NCBI GenBank assembly: GCA_964539505.1
Contig: CAZIJS010000003.1
Coordinates: 305-64,304 of the forward strand
Source of the DNA: an uncultured Myxococcales bacterium
Lineage (GTDB): Bacteria > Myxococcota_A > Polyangia > HGW-17 > SLPX01
Length of the DNA: 64,000 nucleotides
Direction: 5' to 3'
Part shown: piece by piece, positions 26,827 to 35,203 of the stretch
Layout: each line of letters starts with the position of its first letter
Position numbering within the stretch: the stretch's first letter is position 1
Translations under genes and position numbers: made by a program
The notes under the pieces: model-generated
What the model saw: only the letters and a program-made list of their open reading frames with translations
The model's database searches: none
What the model was told of the DNA's origin: nothing

Positions 26827-27666
26827 ATGTTTGCATATATCGACGAGTCTGTAGGCGATGTGCTCTGTCGTGAGCACAAGCTCCGGCATTTCGACAAGGA
26901 TGGCCGCCCCCTGGGCTGTCCTCCAGATGGGCAACCGTATTTGAGCATGATAGGCCCGGTTCCCTTGCCCGTCCTCGTGGGCGGAGAGGAGATCGTGTTC
27001 CATTGGTACCCCTTCGTGCGCCGCTCCGAGCTGGCGCACATCGAGCAAGTGGCCGAGCAGGTCCGGGCCGGTGGTCTCAAGGACATCTGGCCGCTGGTCA
27101 GCTCGTACATGGTGGTCAATTCCGTGCTGCTCTACGGACCCTTTGCCACTGCCAGCAGGCCCCTGGTTCGAGTGCACTCCACCTGTGTCACTTCGGATAT
27201 CTTCGGATCGCGGCGTTGTGAGTGCGGTCCCCAGCTCCATCAGGCCATGGAACGCATCGTGTCGGAGGGCGTGGGCGCCGTCGTCTACATGGCGGGCCAC
27301 GAAGGTCGCGGCATCGGCCTTTGGGCCAAGGCCGTGACCTATCTTCTCCAGGACATGGGGCAGGACACCTACCAGGCGAACGAATCTTTGGGCCTGCCCG
27401 CCGATTCGCGCAACTTCGAAGACGCCGGCGTGGTGCTCCGGGCCCTGCGTCCCGAAGGGGACGGCATTGTGCTGCTCACCAACAATCCCCTCAAGGAGCA
27501 CGATCTGGAGGCCGCTGGTGTGGAGATCGCAGCCGTCGAGCCGCTGGTCTGCGGCCTGACCCAGCACAACCGGCGGTACCTGGCGGCCAAGGCCGCCCAC
27601 GGCCATCAGATTCCCATGGATTTTCTTCTTGGAGAGAGCAAGTCCCGCCGGGAGCAGGATCACTGA
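26827..27666 (+). CDS. GTP cyclohydrolase II family protein (RibA-like)
   Basis: Motifs: VRVHSTCVTSDIFGSRRCECGPQL (zinc Cys triad), GHEGRGIG, QDTYQAN..LG, LLTNNP.K. The ATG at 26827 sits behind GAGGAG. The track ORF starts at the GTG at 26818. Confidence 0.8.
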   Translation: MFAYIDESVGDVLCREHKLRHFDKDGRPLGCPPDGQPYLSMIGPVPLPVLVGGEEIVFHWYPFVRRSELAHIEQVAEQVRAGGLKDIWPLVSSYMVVNSVLLYGPFATASRPLVRVHSTCVTSDIFGSRRCECGPQLHQAMERIVSEGVGAVVYMAGHEGRGIGLWAKAVTYLLQDMGQDTYQANESLGLPADSRNFEDAGVVLRALRPEGDGIVLLTNNPLKEHDLEAAGVEIAAVEPLVCGLTQHNRRYLAAKAAHGHQIPMDFLLGESKSRREQDH

Positions 27667-30119
27667 TTCGACAACGAGGCCGGCTGCGGCTCAGTGGATG
27701 GAGATGTTTTCATTGCCACGATCTTGCCCCGCTTCCGGGTGATGGTCCAGAGAAGCCAACCTACGAGGAGCCAGGGCCACGACGGAATGGAGGCGTCGGC
27801 ACTGCGACAAGAGCAGCCCGAGTCCGCCTCGTCGGTGGCCCCGTCTGTTTCTCGACCACTGTCCAGGCCCCCATCCAGCTCTTCGTCCACCGATGCGTCG
27901 GCTTTGCCGGCACCCTCGATGAGATCGAGGCGTTGGTCGACCTGGATGGCAGAGTAGACATCCACAGCGCCGGAGGGCCAGGTCACGACGAGTCGATCCA
28001 CCTCGTCGGCCGGTCCCAGGCCGAAATGCAGCGTCAGAGGGTTTTGGTTTCCAGTGCCCCGTCCGCCTGAAACCTGGCGCATCATGGTCAGCCCGCCGGA
28101 GGTCACGGTCACCTGCGCGCCGATGGCCGCCCGGTTCGAGGGATTGCCTGTGAGGTGCACTGCGAGGAAGTGCCCGGTGTCTGGGCTGTCGTTGTGCCAG
28201 GCCCGTTGCGACACCAGGTCCAGTCGCCCGTCTCCGTCGAAGTCGGCCCAGGTGCAGCCCCAGCCGTTGTCGAAAAGGATTCCGGAAGGATAGGTCACGT
28301 CGCGAAACGTTCCGTCGGTCTGGTTGCGGTACAGGAACGCAAAGTAGCCTTCGTAGACATCGGTGACAAAGAGGTCTTGCCAGCCGTCGTTGTCGAAATC
28401 CCCCCAGGCAGGATCCGAATGCGTCTCGCTGTATGTGATGCCGGCTTGCTGTCGGATGTCGGTGAAATGAAAGTCAGGCGATCCATCTGACTGGTAGAGC
28501 ATGCTCTTGTCCGAAAATTCGATGAACCTGGGGTGGGCCAGGTTGGCCACGAACAGGTCCCAATCGCCGTCATTGTCGAAGTCGGCCCAGTCTGCGCCGA
28601 TGGAATGTCCGAAGGCTCCTTGGATGAGGACACCGGCGGTGCCCGTCTGCGAGGCCACGTTCCAAAAGGTTCCGTCCCCTTGGTTTTTCCAGAGGAAATT
28701 GAAATCGAGTCGATAGTTGGCCACGTAGATGTCCAGGTCTCCGTCCTGGTCGAAATCCGCCCATGTCACGCCCCTGCCGCATTGGTCCTCGGGATAGGAA
28801 CGGATGCCGGCGGCCTCGGAAACGTCCGTAAAGGTTCCATCTCCGTTGTTGTGCCAGAGAGAGTCCGGCGTTCCCACGCCCCTTGCACCGCCAACCCATG
28901 TGGGGGGCACTTCATAGTTGGCCACATACAGATCCACGAATCCGTCGTTGTCATAGTCTCCCCAGGCGGCTGCCTCGCTGGGGAAAAAGTCGTAGGGCCT
29001 GCCGGCCTCCTCGGACATATCCGTGAATGTTCCGTCTCCGTTGTTGTGCCAGAGCACGTCATGGGCCTGGGCGCCGCTGGGTGGAGTGCAGCGTCCGCCG
29101 ATGCAGGTCCAATCGTGGAAATATTCGTCGCAGACCGAGACGCCCTGGGTATTGGTGGTCAGGCTGCAATAGACGCAATCGTCGTCTCCATTGCAGTCTT
29201 TGTGGAAGCTGCTTACCGTGGCATAAAAGTCCACAAAGCCGTCGTTGTCGTAGTCCGCCCAGACTCCACCGTTGGCTGGAACGTCTCCGATACCGGCCTG
29301 ATCGGTGACTTCAGTGAATCGGCCAAGGTCGTTGCGAAACAACCGTCTTCCCGACACCAGGAGGTCTGGATCTCCGTCGTTGTCGTAGTCTGTCCAGGCC
29401 AGTCTGCGCATGCCCAAGGGCAGACCGATGTTTTCGGTCACGTCGGAGAACCAGCGGGGATCCACCAGGTCGTGGTAGGTGACAGTTGCCCGGATCATGG
29501 CGTCGAGCACGCCGTCTTGGCCGTCTGATATCGAGTACCAGTTCCCGCCGAGCCTGGCGAGGCTGCGCACCTCGGTGGATCCCTGCATGCTCCAGGCAAC
29601 GCCGCAGGGCGAGGCGTCATCCACTTCATGGCCCACATAGAAAGGCTCTGGCGGGTCGATGTCCACGAGCAGGCTGGAGACGTCTGCAGTGAGCCAGCCG
29701 GATGCGTCCACCGTGGTGTCGATGGTGGCCAGGGGGTGACTCAGGTCTGGTGCGTTCCCCCCGTTGTCCGGCCAAACGAAGAGATGTGCTTGGCAATGGG
29801 GGGTCCAAAAGAAAAGGCGCACCGATTCCAGGCGGGCGGGGTTTGCGGGGTTCATCCGGGTCACCTCGATGTCACCTCCCGCCAATTGGGTGAGACTCCC
29901 GACGGGGGTTCCGTCGTCGTAGGCCAGCTCCACGGTTTGTGCCATGGCGGGAGCGCCGAGGCAGAGGGCCCAGGCCATGACCAGGCCCACCAGGATGGAC
30001 CGGATGACTGCAGGCCTGGGAAGGGCGGCGGGGCGCAAGGCCTCTGGGCGCTGCCGGATTCCTGTGGTGCTCATGGGGTCTCCGAAGCCGAAACGGCTAC
30101 CGTTCGATTTCTCCAGCAC
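27660..30119 (-). CDS. Secreted FG-GAP/VCBS repeat protein with an ASPIC/UnbV domain (CRTAC1 family) and a MYXO-CTERM-like tail
   Basis: Repeats include TDYDNDGDPDLLV, ADYDNDGFVDFY, GDYDNDGFVDLYVANY, ADFDQDGDLDIYVANY, ADFDNDGDWDLFVAN and GDFDNDGWQDLFV. UnbV-like part: AIGAQVTV..GGLTMMRQVSGGRGTGNQ. The start is possibly the internal ATG near 30074. Confidence 0.85.
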   Translation of the reverse strand: MLEKSNGSRFGFGDPMSTTGIRQRPEALRPAALPRPAVIRSILVGLVMAWALCLGAPAMAQTVELAYDDGTPVGSLTQLAGGDIEVTRMNPANPARLESVRLFFWTPHCQAHLFVWPDNGGNAPDLSHPLATIDTTVDASGWLTADVSSLLVDIDPPEPFYVGHEVDDASPCGVAWSMQGSTEVRSLARLGGNWYSISDGQDGVLDAMIRATVTYHDLVDPRWFSDVTENIGLPLGMRRLAWTDYDNDGDPDLLVSGRRLFRNDLGRFTEVTDQAGIGDVPANGGVWADYDNDGFVDFYATVSSFHKDCNGDDDCVYCSLTTNTQGVSVCDEYFHDWTCIGGRCTPPSGAQAHDVLWHNNGDGTFTDMSEEAGRPYDFFPSEAAAWGDYDNDGFVDLYVANYEVPPTWVGGARGVGTPDSLWHNNGDGTFTDVSEAAGIRSYPEDQCGRGVTWADFDQDGDLDIYVANYRLDFNFLWKNQGDGTFWNVASQTGTAGVLIQGAFGHSIGADWADFDNDGDWDLFVANLAHPRFIEFSDKSMLYQSDGSPDFHFTDIRQQAGITYSETHSDPAWGDFDNDGWQDLFVTDVYEGYFAFLYRNQTDGTFRDVTYPSGILFDNGWGCTWADFDGDGRLDLVSQRAWHNDSPDTGHFLAVHLTGNPSNRAAIGAQVTVTSGGLTMMRQVSGGRGTGNQNPLTLHFGLGPADEVDRLVVTWPSGAVDVYSAIQVDQRLDLIEGAGKADASVDEELDGGLDSGRETDGATDEADSGCSCRSADASIPSWPWLLVGWLLWTITRKRGKIVAMKTSPSTEPQPASLSNQ

Positions 30120-30414
30120 ATTGCAGGTTCACATAGGACCAGATGTCCCCCTTGGATGGTCGGCCCATGTCGGTGAGGGGAGAGGTGACCAGCCAGCCTT
30201 CGGGCGTGATCAGATGCAGACGTCGCCCCCTTCCCGGTTGACTCCAGACCCTGCGGTCCTTGTCCAGGTATCCGGTGAGCATGGAACGCAGGGCCCTGTG
30301 TTTCCAAACCCAACGACCCGTGCGCCGGTCACGCACTCCCACGCATTCCGAGTCCCTGAAGTGGTACTCACTGTTTTTTGTCACGAACATTTTGTGTCGT
30401 CTGCGTTCCCTCAT
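30097..30414 (-). CDS. Small Arg-rich hypothetical protein
   Basis: ATG at 30414 behind GGGAGG (MRERRRHKMFVTKNSEYHFRDSECVGVRDRRTG...). I recognised no family. It overlaps the longest-ORF start of the downstream gene. Confidence 0.45.
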   Translation of the reverse strand: MRERRRHKMFVTKNSEYHFRDSECVGVRDRRTGRWVWKHRALRSMLTGYLDKDRRVWSQPGRGRRLHLITPEGWLVTSPLTDMGRPSKGDIWSYVNLQCAGEIER

Positions 30415-30589
30415 GGTGAACCTCCCAATGCTGTTTGTCCTACAAAATACCACATAAGCTCACATTGTCCAAAAAATGCGTCGAAACGAGGCTTTTGCCG
30501 GGGCTTTTGTCCCAAAAAGGGGTTGTCAAACAGGATTGCTTGGAGTTTTCTGGGTCAAAGACGGATTTTTGTGAAAGAAAGAGGACTTC

Positions 30590-32266
30590 ATGGGAAAAGT
30601 TCTTTTGGGGCAGCCGCGAGGCTGGATTTTTTCCAGGCGGGTTTTCGGGCAGCGGGAAGGGGGGGATGCGTGCAGACGGGTTTTCGGGCCGATCCACAGG
30701 ACCAGTTCCATGCGTTGTGGATTTCTGGCGTTGTGCCTGGTGGCTGTGACCATGGCATCCTGTCGTCTCGTTGCGGTGGGCATTCCACTCGAAGAGACCA
30801 GGGTCTTGTCCCAGCAGATGCATCGGGCCCGCCAACCGTCCGACAGGGAATTCAGGGTGGCCTTTTCGGGCCTGGCCGAAGACGGCCGGCATATCCTGGG
30901 CCAGGTCAAGGAAGTGGGCCGCTGCAAGCAATGGAAGGAGTCACGGGTCCAGGTCGTTTCCACCACTGCCTATCATCGCAGATACGTGCCATCCAAGGCC
31001 TGGGGATGGGTGACCACTGTGACCGGAGTTGGGCTTTCCGCCCTTGGGGTGGGATTGATGGCGGCCAACGGCGACGGGATGAAGGGAAATCGAGACGACC
31101 TGGACGCAGACCTGCAGCGTCGTCGATTCATTGGAGGAATCTGGAGCCTCTTGCCGGGACTGGGCCTTGCCGCCTTGGGCGTCACCTGGTTGGCATTGGA
31201 TGCCGACGAGACGGTGGTGGAGAAGGGGCCGGTGCAGCGGATCCGCGAGCCTCGGGGGCTGCGGGATTGCCAGGTGCGACCTTTGGCCCGGGCCACCTTG
31301 CAGGTGTCTCCAGGAGATAGCGGAGCCTGGCAGACGATCACCACGGACGGTCAGGGGCGATTCCGCCTGGACCTTTTGCCCATCCTCACCCATCTTCCTC
31401 TGGCAGCGGTTCCCAGGACCTTTCTGTTCAAAAGGCCGGGCCGCAAACGAGACGAGCGGGTTCTGGTTGGAACGAACAGGGGCGCTGGACGTGGCAATGC
31501 TTCCATGGCCCTGCAGATTCAGGTCCCCCGGATGTCCCAGACCGCGGTGGTGGAAGCGGACGACGACCTCTATCCTCGGATCGCTCGTTTGCTCCGGATC
31601 GACGCAATCACCTTGGGCCCAGGTGAGAACCACTGGCGTCTGTCCCTGGGCGCCAAGGATGGTCCTTTGGTTTCTCGGGCCTTGCTTACCTGCAGGCGGT
31701 ACCTCGACCTGTCGCTTTCCGTCGACAGGTGGGAGCCTCGCGGCGCCGCACCTCGGTTGGGTCGGGTCCATCCCCGAAAGAAGAGCAATGCCCGCAGTCG
31801 GCCATCGAGAAAACCGGCCGGCGCAAGCGCGACCGATGCGCGGGCGCCTGCTGGGCATCCCGGCGAGGCTTGCAAGTCCGTGGGGATGGTCATCGACGGC
31901 ATGGGGGCTGAATTTTCCTTGAGGCTCGGGGCGGCACGAAAAGTTTTTTGTGGGCCCGGGGCGGTAGCGCGCCTGCGCATCGCGGCGACTGCGGGCCGTC
32001 CCGTCACCTATGTCCTGGATATCCATGCCAAACCAGACAGCCCGGCGGGACGGGTCGTCCGGGTGGAAGGACGGTTGCTGGCCCTGGACCAAGGAACTGC
32101 CGGTCGGGTGCTCGTGGGGCGTCGCGGCTTTTTGTATCACAGGGGCAAAAAGGTGGGGGAGTTTTCAGTGATCGAGGTCACTCGAAACAACGCTGCAGCA
32201 AGGCTCGACCAGGGCATGCCAGAGCGCTTCGCAAACCAGCGGCTCACCTATCGACTGGTGGACTGA
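30590..32266 (+). CDS. Hypothetical envelope protein (internal lipobox-like signal, two hydrophobic helices)
   Basis: 558-aa ORF with an AGAGGA RBS before the ATG at 30590. Alternatively, the start is the ATG at 30710, giving MRCGFLALCLVAVTMASC as a lipoprotein signal. Confidence 0.55.
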   Translation: MGKVLLGQPRGWIFSRRVFGQREGGDACRRVFGPIHRTSSMRCGFLALCLVAVTMASCRLVAVGIPLEETRVLSQQMHRARQPSDREFRVAFSGLAEDGRHILGQVKEVGRCKQWKESRVQVVSTTAYHRRYVPSKAWGWVTTVTGVGLSALGVGLMAANGDGMKGNRDDLDADLQRRRFIGGIWSLLPGLGLAALGVTWLALDADETVVEKGPVQRIREPRGLRDCQVRPLARATLQVSPGDSGAWQTITTDGQGRFRLDLLPILTHLPLAAVPRTFLFKRPGRKRDERVLVGTNRGAGRGNASMALQIQVPRMSQTAVVEADDDLYPRIARLLRIDAITLGPGENHWRLSLGAKDGPLVSRALLTCRRYLDLSLSVDRWEPRGAAPRLGRVHPRKKSNARSRPSRKPAGASATDARAPAGHPGEACKSVGMVIDGMGAEFSLRLGAARKVFCGPGAVARLRIAATAGRPVTYVLDIHAKPDSPAGRVVRVEGRLLALDQGTAGRVLVGRRGFLYHRGKKVGEFSVIEVTRNNAAARLDQGMPERFANQRLTYRLVD

Positions 32267-32397
32267 GCGGTTTCGTGCTACGTCCGCATGCCAAGGGCTC
32301 TTTTGTCCCTTCCATTCATCGGTCCCATGGGCCCAAGATTGCTCGTGGCGTGGGGACGGGGCTCGTTGGTTTCCTGTCAGCAAGGAGGACTGCGACG

Positions 32398-32715
32398 ATG
32401 AGCAGAAACGACGGACAGAGCAATTCCGCACAACCACAGGGACAGCAAATCCAGATTCAGATAGACGATCCTACGGCCCAGGGCGTTTATGCGAACTTTG
32501 CCATGATCTACCATTCCGAAAACGAGTTCGTCCTGGATTTCGCATACATCCAGCCCGGTCCCAACCCCCCCAGGGCCAAGGTGCGGTCCCGCGTGATCCT
32601 GGCACCCAAGAACCTCAAAAAGGTGCTTGGGGCCATCGAGACCAACCTGCGCAAGTTCGAGGAGCGATTCGGGCCCATCGACAGCTTTAGTGAAGAGCCG
32701 CCGGTGTTCCACTGA
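32398..32715 (+). CDS. DUF3467-family small protein
   Basis: AAGGAGGA RBS. The pattern GVYANFAMIYHSENEFVLDF...RVILAPKNLKKVLGAIETNLRKFEERFGPI matches my memory of DUF3467. Confidence 0.7.
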   Translation: MSRNDGQSNSAQPQGQQIQIQIDDPTAQGVYANFAMIYHSENEFVLDFAYIQPGPNPPRAKVRSRVILAPKNLKKVLGAIETNLRKFEERFGPIDSFSEEPPVFH

Positions 32716-32745
32716 TCTTCGACAGGTCCACCAAGAGCGGGTCGA

Positions 32746-33789
32746 TCACCTCGACGACACGGCACTCTCGGTGCAGGTGAGGGTGCCGTCTCGCTGGTTC
32801 AGTCTGGCTGAAAGCCCGAGGGCAACGGCCTGATTCTTTCCCACGTGGCCCCAAGGCATGTTCATGACCGAGGGCTTGCCCAGCTCGGCGAGACGGCAGG
32901 CCACGATTCTGGCCAGGTCCGGCTGGGAGCGACCGGCATGGGGCGGATCGTCGGGTGGGCGGGCCGCTGGTGTCCTGGTGGGCTGGGCTGGAGGCGAGAA
33001 GGTCCCCAGAGCTGCGGCCAGGACCGGTCCGAGTTGACCGGAGAGATGGAGCTGGGTCACCATGCGGTCCAGCCGGTAGGGGGCTTCGGCCAGGTCTTCG
33101 AAAATGGCGATGGTGGGCCCTGAAGGCGGCTTGCACCAGCCGGATCTGGAGGACAGCATGGTCAAGTTGCCGCCCCAGAGTCGTCCTTCGAGGATTTCTC
33201 TCTCGTCGCCGGGGCCAGGGACCTTGGGATTCTTTCCAGCCATGCAGGGCAGCGCAATGGTTTGCCGATCTCTCTCGGTGAGAGCCTGTCCCTGGTAGGT
33301 GGGCTGGTAGTCGGGATCTTCGAGGAGTCTCCAGAGATGATCCAGTTCTGATCGGTCCATGGATCCGAGTTGCGTCACCACGGGGCCGTGGATCGACACC
33401 ACCCCGGATTCCAGCCACCAATGGAGCAGAATCGTGGCGTCACTGAACCCGATGATGGGCTTTGGATGGGCGGCGATGAGCTTGCGATCGAAGATCTCGA
33501 TGAGCCGCATGCTGCCGTATCCGCCCCGGGCGACGAAGATGGCGGACACCGACGGGTCGGTGAGGGCTGCGGTCAGCTCCTCGGCCCGCTGGTCGTCGGG
33601 TCCGGCCAGGTATCCGAAAGACAGGCGCGGTGACCCGGCATCCAGCAACGATTCATCGAACCGCACCTGGTATCGGCGCCGCAGGACATCGATGCCTCGC
33701 GCAAGGCGATAGGGATCGGGTGGGCCCGCAGGGGCGCAGACCGCGATGGTGGTCGCTGGCCTGAGGGCTGGCGGACGGATGGGTGCCAC
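32746..33789 (-). CDS. LD-carboxypeptidase (peptidase S66, muramoyltetrapeptide carboxypeptidase-like)
   Basis: Motifs: IAVCAPAG, YLAGPDDQRAEEL, IFVARGGYGSMRL, IIGFSDATILL (nucleophile Ser). Confidence 0.8.
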   Translation of the reverse strand: MAPIRPPALRPATTIAVCAPAGPPDPYRLARGIDVLRRRYQVRFDESLLDAGSPRLSFGYLAGPDDQRAEELTAALTDPSVSAIFVARGGYGSMRLIEIFDRKLIAAHPKPIIGFSDATILLHWWLESGVVSIHGPVVTQLGSMDRSELDHLWRLLEDPDYQPTYQGQALTERDRQTIALPCMAGKNPKVPGPGDEREILEGRLWGGNLTMLSSRSGWCKPPSGPTIAIFEDLAEAPYRLDRMVTQLHLSGQLGPVLAAALGTFSPPAQPTRTPAARPPDDPPHAGRSQPDLARIVACRLAELGKPSVMNMPWGHVGKNQAVALGLSARLNQRDGTLTCTESAVSSR

Positions 33790-33888
33790 GATGGGAGTCT
33801 CCTCTGGTTTGGGCTGTCTGGATGCCGCGTTCGCCTCGCCGCGGGGTTCACGCTGGTCCAGGAACGGGGTGAAGAGTGCGCTTTGGTA

Positions 33889-34863
33889 CTATTTGTTCTT
33901 CTTCTTGCGGCGGCCACGGCGGCGCTTTTTCTTCTTCGGCTGATCGGTTTCGTCTCCGTTGTCCTTCTTTTCCACCGGGGCCGACTCTGCGGCTGGCTTT
34001 GCCTGGGCCTTCTCTTCGGTGGGCTCGGTCAGGAGTTCTCCCACCACCACCGAGGGTTGTTCCTGGCGGTCTGCTGCTGGTTCCTGGGTGGCGATTTCAC
34101 CGGAGATGGCAGCACTGCCTCGCAGCTCCAATTGTTCGGGCACCCCGGCATCGATCACCACGGACGGTTGTTCGTCTGCCATGTCGGTTTCCGGCTGACT
34201 CTCTTTTTGTGGGGCGCCGATTTCGCCGGTTGCCACGTCTCCACTCCTGGAGCCTGAGCCATCCATCTGCCCGGTCGCGATTTCTCCGGAAGCCCGGCCT
34301 GACGATGCAGGCGAGTTGGCGAGCTGGTCTTCGTTTTCCGGCTCGGCCGGCCTCTCCTGCTGTTCGGGTTGGGCTGGTTGCGGTGGGGTGGCTTGGTCTT
34401 TGGATGACTGGTCGCTGTCCGCTTCCGGTACGGGGTTTGGTGCTGAGACTGGTTCGACCGGTGCTGGCGCAACGGCCTCGCCGGGAATGGGGGGTTCGGG
34501 CAAGGTGAAGTCCGGCTCGTCGGGGAAGTCCACACCAGCTTCCTGCGGAGCGGTTCCCTCCAGGATTGCCGACAGGAAGTCCATCCGGGGCTCTTCGAGC
34601 TCCTCGAAGGCAAGGGCCACGCCGGAACGCCCTGATTTTTCACGGGAAGAGATTTCCTCGACATGGGTTACGCTGCAGGGGAGGGCCGGGCCCACGCCCT
34701 TGTCTTCGGCACGGAACCGGATCACCAGCGGACTGCCCACGGGCATGGGCTGGGCCATGTGGACGAAGGCACCTGTGGTACCGAGCCCTTCCAGGGCGCA
34801 GGATTCCTCCAGGATGCGGCGATGATAGTAGACCGCCACAGAGAGAGCCTCTTTCTTCGACAT
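33889..34863 (-). CDS. PilZ-like N-domain protein with a long acidic disordered region and a polybasic C-terminus
   Basis: ATG at 34863 behind GGAGGA. The PilZ-like fold pattern GLGTTGAFVHMAQPMPVGSPLVIRF lacks a clean RxxxR / DxSxxG pair. The protein ends with an acidic Pro/Glu-rich tail terminating in KKKKRRRGRRKKKNK. Confidence 0.6.
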   Translation of the reverse strand: MSKKEALSVAVYYHRRILEESCALEGLGTTGAFVHMAQPMPVGSPLVIRFRAEDKGVGPALPCSVTHVEEISSREKSGRSGVALAFEELEEPRMDFLSAILEGTAPQEAGVDFPDEPDFTLPEPPIPGEAVAPAPVEPVSAPNPVPEADSDQSSKDQATPPQPAQPEQQERPAEPENEDQLANSPASSGRASGEIATGQMDGSGSRSGDVATGEIGAPQKESQPETDMADEQPSVVIDAGVPEQLELRGSAAISGEIATQEPAADRQEQPSVVVGELLTEPTEEKAQAKPAAESAPVEKKDNGDETDQPKKKKRRRGRRKKKNK

Positions 34864-35203
34864 TGTATCCTCCGAGCTGTGTTCGTCTGCCCCGACGGGC
34901 GGCGTTTGCAGGCGCATAATACCCAGGACTGTTTCCGATTGCCAGATCTTGTTTTTCGACGGCATGCCGAGTTGTCCTGCAACGCGCAGGGTTTTTGGGT
35001 AAGACAGGGGCGGTGAGGATTGGTTTCGATAATGCGCCTGTTTCTTTTTTTCCCCCTCCATCGACGACTCGATTTGACCCGGTCCCTTCGATTCGCTAAA
35101 ACCCAAAGGAATTTTGGTCTTCGGGCCGCAGGTCCCTGTGGGTTGCGCCGGAATCGGCCAACGCGGCAAGAGGGCTTGGGTCTTGGGACAGGAGGTGATT
35201 TCA

